A stretch of 64,000 bases of DNA from Balanoglossus misakiensis (taxonomy: Eukaryota > Animalia > Hemichordata): NCBI GenBank assembly GCA_040954595.2, contig CM082577.2, positions 16,561,903 to 16,625,902 of the forward strand, in the 5' to 3' direction. Positions 35,001 to 47,939 of this stretch are shown here, piece by piece (position 1 is the stretch's first letter; every line of letters starts with the position of its first letter). The notes under the pieces are model-generated. The model was not told where the DNA came from. It did not search any database and saw only the letters and a list, made by a program, of their open reading frames with translations. A program made the translations under genes and the position numbers.

Positions 35001-38000
35001 ATGCACATAGGATACTATACAAATTATTCACATGCTTATTTTTGATGTTTAACGTTGTGTGTTATTGGAAAGTATATATATATATGTCCGTGGTCTCTTC
35101 TCCTCTCGCAGCTAAAGAATTAGGATTCAAGATAGATGATATCAACCAATGCGTTGATTCGGTAAGAACAATTCATCGTGTATTTCAAAGTAATTCTAGT
35201 TTGTCTCTCTACCTGCATGTGACTGTCAATAGTTGCGAAATTATTGGTTTATTTCGCAGGTGTGTTTCAGCTACATCCAGGCTAACATCAACGATGGAAA
35301 GCGATGCAGCACAGCCGATGCTTTTCTTAATCCAGCTAAGGGGAGGAAAAACTTGGCAATCTGGACAGAGACTCTGGCAACAAAAGTAAGAACTGATTTT
35401 GTCGCATGGAATCTATAATATTAGAAAGTCGTGCACGTTGTCTGACCTAATTGTTTGATGCAAGAAAAGTACGTAGATGAGGTGAGAGTTGACAAAGGGT
35501 GAAGGTAAATATCTCCATAGGCATTTTAAATGGGAAATGATGTCTGCCAAGAGCAGCTGCCTGTCCCTCATATACGTTTTGTATATTCCACACACGTATA
35601 TTACAGATCGTGTTCCAGGGCAAGAAAGCAATCGCGGTGGATGTCTTAAGAAGTGGCAAAAGCGACACAGTTAAGGTTCACAAAGAAGTCATTGTGTCAG
35701 CTGGAACCGTTGCATCTCCACAGGTGTGTGATTGAATTGATGCAATCCTTTGAAACATTAACCTCATATGTCAACGTTGTCATTATCATTGCATTTATGA
35801 AAGACGAACAATTACATATGCCGGGTTCAAATCAAGGCCCATGATCGGACAAAACAAACTAATCCCGATGATTGTGACAAGATAAGCTAATCGTTAGTCC
35901 CCGTTCACGTTGTGTTTGGCACAGTCCTGGCCAACGTCGTCTCGCCAACCTTTGACCCGGACCTTTTAAAGCAGAACTACGTTCATCATCTTCTGGTTGT
36001 TTATACGATTTTCACTAGTGTCAAATGATATACTACACTGTTTAAGTCAATTGTAAAAGGTGTCACCTAGAACCAGAGTCGGACAAAACGTGTCCACACA
36101 CACCAGGCTGAGACCAGGGTCGGTCACAGACAACCCCTTTCGACTGGGACACAAAATTTTCCCGACAATGGTCGGCCAGACCCGTTCACACCAGTGTTTT
36201 TTATTGCTCGGCCATGTACCTGGCTAGGACAAGGGCCTAGAGCCTTTTTGAGCAAGGTGGATACTACTGCTGCTGCTGCTACAAATACGTGTAGATATTA
36301 TCTTCTGCGTGTCGAACATTCTGAACACACAGTACAAAATAAACTGAGAGTGTGAGTCTGTAAAATAATATGTTCCCTCTGTAGCTACTTATGCTGTCGG
36401 GAGTTGGACCTCAAGATCACCTTAAAGAACTTGGTGTACCTGTAGTGTGCGATCTTCCAGTTGGAGAAAATTTACAGGTAATACTAATATATCAGTAACT
36501 TGAAGTTCCTAGCATTCCTGTTTTGGCATATTGCCTTCAATTTAAGAAATTCTTATTAATGTGGTTTAATTGTGCTTCACTCGCAGGATCACATCATAAC
36601 ATTAGTGAAATATAAAGGCAATGCAGGTGGTATTGGAAAGGTATGTTTACATACGAACTTCTTTCTCTTTCTGGCCAGAGAGTGATGTTATAAATTTGTC
36701 ATGATATGCCCGTATCCTCCCGCCCTAATGGTGTTAAAGTCAAGGTATAGAACAGACCTAACCCCTGTTCACGCGCATGAGATAATGACGCACCTTGTCT
36801 AGCTGTTTGTCTGTTATCACCTATACATGTATCACAGATATAAGAAGTGTAGCTCATGTCACGTACAAATAGCCAAAAGTAACGGCTACAGCAACTGTTT
36901 AAAATTTATGTCGTTCTGCACATTAGGACTGGTTAACCAACGGCTTGGAAGTCGATGGATTTGTCAAAACAATGGTAAGTTGAGCCGTTTATGACACAAC
37001 GTCTTTACTACAGCCTTATATAATATTTTTCTGAGCACTGAAAGCCATGATGCAACTTGTCTTATCAGTGCGATTGTATGCTGTTATCAATCTGGTTACA
37101 AAGATAAATTAAGCTATAGTAGCCAGACACTTGCTATTGAAGTTGCTTGAGGTTGGTACTTGTATTATGATACTTGTCAACTTTTACCATGCAAGCTGCA
37201 TCTTTAGTCAAATTTCCCTTTCTCTATAAACTCGCTAGGAAGGGCTTCCCTGGCCTGACCTGCAGTTGCTATACGTACCCTATTATCATTTCTTGAGTAG
37301 CAGCGAAAAGACGAAATTGAACATCAGCGAGGAGTGAGTATGGCACACACAATAAGAATCATGTCAAGATGTTTGATTTGTATCGGCAATTGAATTGTGA
37401 TATTTATTACACTTTTTGAAACAATGTAAAGAAACTATGCAAAAATCTTATTCTGTTTTCCGACAGAAATTTATTCCCATAATACTAAACAAAAAATAGA
37501 CATAGATTAAAAGTTATGATTTTGTTCAGTTATATCCTTGTGTTCCCATGAAAATGCACTTTGTGATCAAAATTCGGTTCAGACGCACTAGAGGAAAGTG
37601 TCGTTGTACATGTAAGTCGTATTATTTCTATCTGAAATGACTTGAAAAAAATAAAATGAACTACATACTGTACTTGTCAACAGGTACTATCCTCATTTGC
37701 ATTAAAATATTTCTTATTGCCGTAAAAATGTAATACATGATTTTCTACTAACTGCATGATATCGCTAGACTTGGAGATCTCGCGGGGACTCGTGGATAGT
37801 GGTTTATTAGTTGTATGCTAACAATCGGTTTTATAATTCACACAATCTACGTGTTTTGTTTCAACCTTTCCTCCCAGTTTCAGCAAAACTCTTGATCATG
37901 CAGAAGACGCCGCCATGGAAGAAACAGAGGGGATGGTTTTCCTTCCGGTACTGCTTCACCCTAAGAGTGTTGGGAACATCAAACTTGCAAGTCGAAATCC

Positions 38001-38965
38001 GCTCGATCATCCACTTATCGATCCTCACTATTTGGAGGATCAGAGTGATGTCCGCGGTATGATAAGGGTGAGTACTGTCTAAATAAAATATGATATGTAT
38101 CCTCGTGTGTTAAGCAAAGTATTTTCGAGAATGACAGAGAAAATTTAATTCTACCCCTATAGTGTACATATATTCTTTCTCATTCTAGAATGTACGTTTT
38201 ATTCAAAAGTTGATGAATACTGACGCTCTGAAGGGTCACGGGTAAGATTCTTTAATGACAAAACTAATATGAGAGAGAGCGAGATAGAGACAGACAGACA
38301 TACAGACAGACATAGAGACACAACGCCATTGGGCAGGCAGAAAGACGTACATATACACAAATATGCCTTCATTTAATTTTGCCGTTCCGGTTTTACGATA
38401 ACCCCATGTTGTTACAAGATAGAAAATGACTCCAGTTTTTCTTTGTTTAGAATAACTCCATTTTATTACAAGTTTGACAATTGCTCTCACGAAGTAGACA
38501 GCGATGCATACTGGGAATACGTCATTCGTCACCTGACATTTACGATTTGGCACCCAGTAGGGACTTGCAAAATGGGAGCGTCCGATGACCCATGTGCGGT
38601 GGTTGACCCCTGTCTTAGGTAATTTCCTTATACGTCGCTGGCTTTTTTGCCACCGATTTTTGTATGATTCGGTATAATAACGATTTGCCTGTCGACATCT
38701 AGTCACGCCAGAAAGGATTACTGGTATTTAGACACATGTTATCCTATCCACATGCATTATTTTGATTGTGTGATCACTTAAGTAATTAAATCCACTTCTT
38801 TCTTTAATTTTGTTTTGCAATCATTTTCTTTCCAGAGTTCGAGGTTTGGACAACGTTCGAGTCGCGGATGCTTCCATCATGCCGCACTTGACATCTGGCA
38901 ATACAAACGCCCCCTGCATTATGATCGGTGAAAAGGCTGCAGATTTGATTAAACAAGACATGTGA
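29092..38965 (+). CDS. GMC (glucose-methanol-choline) FAD oxidoreductase, choline/alcohol/glucose dehydrogenase-like (15 exons, ~551 aa)
   Basis: Exons 29092-29310, 33774-33839, 34228-34373, 34710-34810, 35112-35161, 35260-35385, 35607-35723, 36385-36477, 36587-36640, 36927-36974, 37239-37333, 37878-38067, 38189-38241, 38451-38618, 38836-38965; total 1656 nt in frame. Motifs [93 protein letters not shown]. Confidence 0.95.
29461..30608 (+). mobile_element. Helentron/DINE-like non-autonomous element, copy 1 (5' end eroded)
   Basis: 5' remnant caagcgcttgggccct; 3' sub-TIR gcttgggccc followed by hairpin gctgcttgcagc and a T-rich end. Confidence 0.6.
30609..31936 (+). mobile_element. Helentron/DINE-like non-autonomous element, copy 2 (head-to-tail with copy 1), containing ~238-bp tandem repeats
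   Basis: 5' tagggcccaagc plus a (TTC)-rich tract; 3' gcttgggccc..gctgcttgcagc tatatttt; repeat anchor tgacctttgacc at 31348, 31586 and 31825. Confidence 0.7.
32672..33345. repeat. Composite inverted/direct repeat with an internal long hairpin
   Basis: 32705-32807 is inverted at 33260-33343; the 35-bp block at 32672 recurs in direct orientation at 33225; near-perfect ~140-bp hairpin at 33076-33217. Confidence 0.8.
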
Positions 38966-41029
38966 TGTGGACCTCAAATGACACACGAACCACTGGCAGA
39001 AATATGCATTGGACAATCAATCATAAAAGGTTTCCCTGCATGTGTACAATCTTGTGTTTGTGTTTGTAACTCTTTGGACGAGTTTGTGCTCGTTATCCGT
39101 TATGCCGTTTGTCATGATAATAAAGCAATGTACGCCAGTTTGTAATGCTTGAACTTGAATGTGTGTTTTACAAAGTGGAATATTGTGAGAGCTATGTATC
39201 TGTGACAGTCACTGAGACTTTAACCCAACTCAACTTGGAAGAACGACGCAGAACCCACGTTCATAATCACAATTCCACTACGACAGCTTGGAATATCTGT
39301 AATTTCACACTGAATAGAATAAAAAACCTTCTCTTAAACCCCGGTGCGGAAAGTACCGGGGTTCGGATTAACGTGTGTTTGTATTGTTGTTTATTTGGGA
39401 GTGGTCGTCGTGCATAATGACTGTGTAATTGATCTCATGTACATAGCAAATAATTGAACACTTTACACCTCTACGCGATTGACAGCTGTTTGAATGGCGT
39501 GGTTATTGTTTCCCAGGGACGCTTCTGAAAAGCACTGAAACCAGATTTCTCCCAAAATCATCGTTGTTTCTAAAGCTCGTGTACTTTTCGTTGATAACTT
39601 TATGTTGTGTGTGTTTATAAAGCCAACTACTGTCGTTGTGTGGTGTGATTCTTTATGCTTGGACCTGTTTGGGCCGATTTTCATAGAGCTAAGATCGTTG
39701 GTGTTGTCTGTTGTCAGTCAAACGGCATTAAGATTCGCCACTGATTTGGGGGGTCTTTTATACCCCGCACCGACCGAGTTACACGAGGCAACTCGGCAGG
39801 CAACTGGGTAGGCAACTCGACGCGCTACTCGAGTCGCGTCGCTACATCGAACAGTTACACGGGGCGACTCGACTGGCAACTAGTTGGGCGTAAACACATC
39901 TTCAATTTGATCTTTATCCGATCAATTTAGTGGTTATTCTGGCAACAGCATGCATATATTATACTTATCTATTAGCTGATCAACCTGGTCATCTGACCAG
40001 GTATTTTTTCTTGAAAAAAAAACAGTTTGCGAATTTTAACTGCATACACTACGTACACTCGTCTTTCTCCACTATGTATTACCATTGACATAATGAACTA
40101 ACTAGTATTGCACTTCAACAGTATCCTCATCAATAAAAAGAACATATTTTTCTCAGTTAGCAGGTGATATGCAAGTCTATATCAGTAAAGAAAAAATACT
40201 AGCTTGATGGGTGCTTAATTTAATTGATGAATACGGAATTTTTAATCGTGATACCAAATTGGACAAAATTTAAACGTTACTAAATATTTTTTAATAAAGA
40301 AGGAGTAACTTAAGTTTAATTACAAAAGTATTGACTTATTTTATTTAAAATGTACTTGAAAGCAGGTATATATTTTATAAAAGATCAATCGGCGAGTTTA
40401 AATCCTTGTAAGACAGGGGAGTAGATTATGGGGAAATTGAAGAAAGTTGCGCAATGTAACATTAAGATTACTGAATTATCAAACTGCACATCATACAAAT
40501 GTGTGAAAAATGCGGAGCCAAAAGTCGTTATCTGGTATCTGTCGAGTCAATCATATCATAACCATTTTCGCGGAACTGAATACATGTACAAAATTACTGA
40601 AACATTTTGAGATGTGGCCGACAAAGCAAAATATCGGGGGGGGGGGGGAAACAAAGAAAATAATGGGAGCCATACTGTAACCCGCGACTTAGCCGAAACC
40701 GCGACTTATTGAGGCGCGACTTAGCGAGGGTCTACTGTAGTAGTTTATTTTCATATCATCACTGGCAAGATAAGTAGTTGAAAGTTTCGGAATTCTTTTA
40801 CAAAACTGGAGTTTATATTGAAATATTAAACTATAATAGTATAAATACATACACATATCCGATTTTATAGCAAATACTTATAGTCTCGGTTACCCAGACT
40901 CCTCTGCTTCTTCCGTTGCCCTCTTGTGTATTGATTTGTAAACCTGGAACTTGAAAACGACAGAATCTACAAATCTGTAGGCCTAACTTGGCACAGTGAT
41001 GCGAGCCTATGATATCTTGCGCGTAACAG

Positions 41030-42125
41030 TCTTGAATTTTTGATCAGTTAGGTGACCTAGCGGCCAAAGTGGACTGGTATTTTCAAATGGACCTCATTTG
41101 AATAAAAAAGGAATTAAAATTCCTTCAATGATTTGTGTTGTGTAGACCAAGGCAAGGATCCTACATGTGAAATTTCAACGTCCAGGGCCATGTCGATCTT
41201 TAGAAGATTTTAAAGAATCATTTCCCATATTTCTTGATGACCTTTTACCGATCGCGAGTTATCTGTCATATACGATGGTCCTCGACAGCTAGTACCTACC
41301 AGCCCGTGAGTAGCATGGGACCAAAATAAAGAACAACGTTTTTGAATTACCCCCTGACCTTTGACCATCATAAGAAAAATGCAAGTCTAATTCTACGTCA
41401 CCAATAGAGCCTGAGGACGAGATTTTGGTGGAGGTACATCATCATGGAAGCAACTTGCATACACAGATTTTGGGGTTACCCCTTGACCTTTGACCGTCAT
41501 TAATTATGCATATGCCTAATTATACCCAAATAGACATAGAAAGGTAATTTTTGGTTGACAGGTGGCATTATAGGACAAAATCAATTGCCAATATGGCACG
41601 TGGCCACTATGACCTTTGACCTAATATCAAATAATTAAATGCAAATGTCTAGATAACTATAATACCTACAGGCTTCATATTACCGGTAGGTGGGATGAAG
41701 TGCGAACGTTTACAAGTTACCTCACGACCTTTGACCCTCATTTGCATATGTTATTCTGGGCTATCAAACCAGAGCTAAAGGTGCACTTTTTGCAAACATG
41801 CACAAGTATGGTACTAAAATTTGATGGTTAATCAGGACCCCCTTCACCTTAGTTGATCCCATGAAATATGCACACATCTTCTTAAGCTTACGAGTAGGTT
41901 TCGAGGTTTAGTTTTTCATGTACATGTTCTATTAATGGGATGAAATTTCGGTACCTCATTTATCATGTTAACCTCAATAATTATAGGGCTATAAGTCTGG
42001 TTTTCATTGGACATGGACCAGCATGGGATCCAATTTTTTTAACGAATTTTGGTGTGACCATTGACCCTCCTGCATTTTGTTCATCTGCTTGGACCCCTTT
42101 CAAGGCTGTTTGCAAGCCTTCATCT
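41030..42125 (+). mobile_element. Older, diverged Helentron/DINE-like copy
   Basis: Repeated tgacctttgacc units and a body similar to 30800-31000; 3' gcttggaccc..ggctgtttgcaagcc. Confidence 0.5.
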
Positions 42126-44174
42126 GCATTGAAAATATGGCAGATGATAATCAGTTATTAGTTATTAGAGATGCAACGTTCCCTGTGAAAATCCACAAAT
42201 CGGCGATTTTCACCCCGCATTTTTTTCAACAGCGACAATGATAACGATTTCTTGGTTTTGAAGACATCTTATACCAACCAAAGTCATTACTAATCACATC
42301 CAAGCCAATCACCTTGAAGCTGGTGTTCAGAGCAGCTGGTCTTATAGATGACCAAGGTGACAATGTCATTTACCTACCCTATAGAAGAACCCACAATTTC
42401 TCTTTGACACATAGACAGAAAAAGACACTGCAAAATATTGCAATAAAACAAACTGCAACGATTCAAATTATCATGTCCTTTTATAAATAAAGTCAGAACT
42501 GCATGAACTAAAAATTCACCCCGCACCAAAACCCAGGAAACCCCTTTTATTCATAAGGGAAAAAACTGGGAAAGCGTAGGTGATTTATAAAGTTAACAAA
42601 GAATTGATTTTTCCATTAATGCCTCTTGTAAAGCTAACTTCAAATAAACATGCTAATCTGGCATAAATATATAGTAGAAAGAGTAAGATAATGTTGAACA
42701 TTGAAAAAAAATCAAGCAAAATTTGATAATTACAGGTAAACTGATTAAAATTAATACTTCATCACTGAATTAATGAAGTGTTTCAGTAAATTAATAATGG
42801 GGATGGTGTTCTATAAATAAAGTAACCTCTACAAATAAAGGGCCACAATCACTTGAATAATTTTTTTAACAATAACAATGCTGATTATGCATACAAGATG
42901 TATACAAGATGTATACAAGATGCATGTATGAGAATAAATCTCATAAAAACTTCAAATAAAATTCATATTAAAATAGGAAGAAGGATAATATCAAACTGTT
43001 GCTGCACACAAACGTTGTGTGAAAAGTCACTAAATGGTCTGATAACAGAAAAAGTATACTAGACTTGAAAGTAAAGTAACTGAAAACTGAATGTCAACCA
43101 CTGCATATGCTTGCAGTGAAAAGTGACTAATGAACTGATCCCAGGAAACTATACTGGACTTGAAGGATCAATTGCAATTGTTTTCATCATGAAATCAGGT
43201 TAGTTATGCAATGCATATGGAATTCTCAAATATATTGCAAATAGAAACCTTTTCATCTGTTATAGCCACTGGGAAAACTTCTTAAAGATCCCGAAATTGG
43301 GAGAAAAGACGTTAACACTGAGATAAATGATGAAATTTCCAAACACACACTGACATCAAAACTGTTCCACAAATAATAAACTCTTGACAATGTCAAGCAA
43401 AAACAAAGTGAAACCTTATCTAATGTAGCCATTAGAAAAAGTTTCATTAAAGCCCTCGTAACATTGAGGGAAAAGGACATAAAGATGAATGTTCAAATGC
43501 AAAAAAAAACTGAAATCTGCAAGTGTATCAAAAATAGAAAACTTTGGAAAAATAAATACTAAAATGTTAAGTTTTTTATTGTTCAAAAAGTACAAATAAT
43601 GTGTTGCCTGTAAGCCGTGTTGCATTGGCTCGATAATATTCAATTTATGATCAAATTTACTGCTATTATACTCCACTCCAAGCCCAAATAAAATAAACAT
43701 TATGCCTATATGGCTTCTGCAAACACATTATTTATGTATTTGTAAAGAAAATGTTCATCTAAAATTTAAAACACTATAAAGATTCACATGATGCATATAT
43801 GCATGCAACAATGTGTAAAATCACAAATTTCATATTAAAATGTGAAAAATAAAATATATAGTGGTATATCAAACTGTTGAGCACTACACACACATGTGAA
43901 AAGCGACTAATGAACTGATCCCAGGAAACTATACTGGACTTGAAGGATCTATTGCAATTTTTTTTCATCATCAAATCAAGTTAGTCATGTCGCACATATG
44001 GTAGTATCAAAACATATTGCAATTTAACCCTTCTCATCTGTTATAGCCATTGGAAAAACTTCATTAAAGACATACCCTAAATAAGGAAAAAAGGACACAG
44101 AGATGAATGTTAAAATGATCATACACACATATACACATTCTTTATTTATAATATGGGAAAATACATTGTAGAAA

Positions 44175-44700
44175 GCAGCAGGCGCACGCGCAAAGATATC
44201 ATTTTCTTGAAGAGGGACTTCTTCTGCAAGTGTGGTGAACCAGCTTCATCAGATAACAAAAAAATCCAGACACGCGAAGAACCATGAAAATCAGAAAGGA
44301 CATTGCAGAAAGCGACAGACACGCGCGCAAAGACATCATTTGCTTGAAGAGGGACTTCTTCTGCAAGTGTGGTGAACCAGCTTCATCAGATAACAAAAAA
44401 ATCCAGACACGCGAAGAACCATGAAAATCAGAAAGGACATTGCAGAAAGCGACAGGTGCGCGTGCAAAGACATCATTTGCTTGAAGAGGGACTGCAATCT
44501 TCGGACTTCTTCTGCAAGTGTGGTGAACCAGCTTCATCAGATAACCACAAAAAATCCAGACATGCGAAGAATCATGAAAATCAGAAAGGACATTGCAGAA
44601 AGCGACAGATGCGCTTGCAAAGACATAATTTGCTTGAAGAGGGACTTCTTCTGTATGTGTAGTGAATCAGCTTCATCAGATAACCAAATACAACAAAGAC
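44175..44700. repeat. ~137-bp tandem repeat, ~4 copies
   Basis: gagggact at ~44212, 44349, 44486 and 44639; ccagcttcatcagataac recurs. Confidence 0.9.
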
Positions 44701-45700
44701 ATGCCTAGAATAACGAAAATTCAAATATGAATTCAAAAATAAAATAAGCATGGCAATCACAGATGCCAAAAACACCACAAGAGTACTTCCAGACACCAGA
44801 AAATTATGAAAATTCAAAAAAGATTTAAACAATACAACCCTTGGTATGGCACGGAAGAGGACAAGCCAACGTACAGGCCAGGGACAGGACCTGGCAGGGA
44901 CAGGACAAGACAGGGGAAAAGGATAAAGGCAAGGTGACACGGTAGGGGAAATGGCAAACACCCAAAATTTATGAGAATTCAAGAATAATTGAAAAATACA
45001 ACTCTGGGTAGGGTAGGGAAGAGGACAAGCCAGGGTACAGGCCAAGAACAGGACCTGGAGGGGGACAGAACAGAACAGGAGTCAGGGTAAAGGCCAGGTG
45101 ACAGGACAGGTCATCACAGATGCCAAAATACAACCACAGAGTAGATGTACTTCCAAACACCCAAAATTTATGAAAATTCAAAAATGAATTGAAAAATACA
45201 ACCCTGGGTAGGGTAGCTAGGAAGAGGACAAGCCAGGGTACAGGCTATGGACAGGACCAAGTGGGGATAGGGGACAGGACAGGGGAAAGGGTACCAGACA
45301 GGATGGGGACAGGGTATATTGCAGGTCAGGGTACAGGGTAAAGGATGAGAACAGGGTACATGACAGGCCAGCTAGGTACAGGGTAAAGGACAGGGTACTG
45401 GACCAGGAGACATGTCAGGACAGGCCTGGGAACAGGGTAAAGGTAAGAGTACAGGGTACATGACAGGCCAGGGTACAGGGTAAAGGTCAGGGGACAGGAC
45501 CTGGCAGAGACAGGACAAGGCAGGGAATTCAAAGAAGACAACTGGCAATCACAACGGATGCCACAACAAAACCAAAGAGTAGGCCTAGATACCAAAGTTT
45601 GTAAATTCAAAAATGAATTCAAAAAAGACAACATGGCAATCACAACAGATGCCACAATACAACCAGAGAGTAGGCCTAGAAACCGAAAAAGGTTTGAGCA
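44700..45700. repeat. Degenerate purine-rich (CAGGGTA/CAGGA) repeats and duplicated ~80-200-bp blocks
   Basis: cagggtacag recurs; aaattcaaaaatgaatt and ggcaatcacaac.gatgccacaa blocks are duplicated. Confidence 0.75.
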
Positions 45701-45807
45701 TGTGACATGTCTTGTCATTGCTCACCAAGTAAATTATATCATTCATACAAAAAATACATACATACATACATGCATACCCACACATCACACTTCATAAAAT
45801 TCTGGTA

Positions 45808-45912
45808 TACACATACATACATACATACATACATACATACATACATACATACATACATACATACATACATACATACATACATACATACATACATACATAC
45901 ATACATACATAC
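45808..45912. repeat. (TACA)n microsatellite
   Basis: Read directly. Confidence 0.97.
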
Positions 45913-47939
45913 AAACAAACATAATCATGTTATAAACATAACCAAGTTACATATGTATATACATACATATGTACATATGTACCCTAGGGTACACAGTATA
46001 ATACATACATAACAATAGTACACACAGACCTGGGTAGGCAGGTACATACATAAGGCAGACATACCGATACATACATGAGCTTGTACATAGAGAAAGAGAC
46101 ACACACACAAGTAAAGGAGTGAATGAATTGATGAATGAAAAAAAAATGAATTGATAAATGGAGTGATGAATAAACAAACAAGCAGACAATAAACAAATGA
46201 ATGAAAGAATGAATGAAGGAATGAATGAATGAATGAAGGAATGGATGAATTAATCAGTAATCACATATGACAATATCTCCAACTGTGTATGATATAGTTC
46301 ATACTTCAATATCAATCACGAAAACATGGCCATCATAAACCTATACTACTTCTACATTGTACTTTCAAAATGTACAATACTAGTAAATTATGCCTAAATC
46401 AATTACAATAATGTAACAATAGAAATCTAGTCTATGTATAAAGAGAGGAAGAGCCAAGTCAAACAATATGCAATGGTGGTTTAGGCAAGTCAAGCATATG
46501 CAAATACAGTTTATCAAAGTCAAACATTAACAATATGCATTGGTGGGTTGCTCTTTATTGGGCATGTTTGCTTTCCTCACCTAACTGGTTGAAGATCTGT
46601 ACCAATACAGGAATAATGCTGTATTCTCTTTTTGTATACCATTTAGCTTAGTTACATTAACTGCTATATTAGTGGGTTTATTTACGCGCTGAAAAGCTGA
46701 ATGGTAATGACCTGAAGGCTGCTGTATCCAGTGCATTTCGTGTTAGTTTACGTGTAGCTAATGCTTAGTTATGCGCAATGGTTATTTTGTCTATAGGATC
46801 CAACAGCCTTCAGGCTAGGCTAAACAAATCACAGTGATAATTTAGGACTATTGTTGTTAAATACTTTCTTTTTTGCTGGCAAAATTGATGGGTGTTGACA
46901 TGCCCTAACTTAGGACTATGATCAAAGTGATAATTTAGGACTATTCTTGTTAGTAAATTTCCTTTTTTGCTATCAAATTTGAAGAAGTGTTGCCATGCCA
47001 AAATATACACATTGCAATTTAATTTGAACCTGTTCTCCCTCTCCTCTCTGTCTGACACAATTACATACAGAAAAATCACAATACTACATTTTGAATACAG
47101 ATCATATAACTTAGGGATTTATCAATGTTCTATTTATTCTAAGACATGGGAGAAGTTCTGTTCTTGAAATGACGATGAAATAAAACAATGTTGGTTTAAG
47201 TCCATGAATATAAAATCATCTTGTCTGAGGAATTTCCCCCTGCATCTGATGCACTGGTCTTTGAATTCACGCATGTATCCTCTTCTTCCCTATAAACAGA
47301 AAGAGGACATTACTCTTACCTTGTATTGATTTGTCACAGCAACAAAGAGTCGTTAACTTTCACACAGCAGAAACAAAAATGTGCCCATGTCTGCTCCATC
47401 CAAATAAAGAAATTGATGGCTTCTGTTAGTTGCTCCTCTTTAGCTCTCAGTGTTCCAGCTGAATTGATCTCATCCATATACACATAAGTACCTTAAACTT
47501 ACCTTATTGTCAAAACTCTCACATTAATTAAGATAAAAACACCACTCAAGGACTTGGGCAAAAAGTGACTCAGAGGAAAGATAGCTAATTTGGGGCTAAT
47601 TTTAGAATATTTTCTTATGATAGGTTCTGTACTTTACAGTTTCTTTGCCTACTTCGAATAGTGAATTATCAAATTATCAATAGACCAGATTGCATCATCC
47701 ATACTGAAATATGCTGGAGAAAACTGATTATAGAGGTTTAATCATAATAATAATGGGATATAACTATCTATTTTAACACACTCTCAACAGGGACTTTTTT
47801 ATCTCATTTGAATATCAACTTTGAAAAAAGCATTTATTTTGTGGGCAACAAGAAGGGAGTCCATATGAAATAATATTTATCAAAGTGTTGTGTGTTTGTA
47901 AGTAATTGAAAATTAAGAATTGGAAAACTAGCAAAAAAT

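Noticed and set aside
44175-44700. C/D snoRNA or hammerhead within the 137-bp repeats (minus-strand ATGATG..CTGA and CTGATGA), and the overlapping ORFs
   Set aside because: Box spacing is too short, there is no GAAA or stem support, and the ORFs are repeat artefacts.
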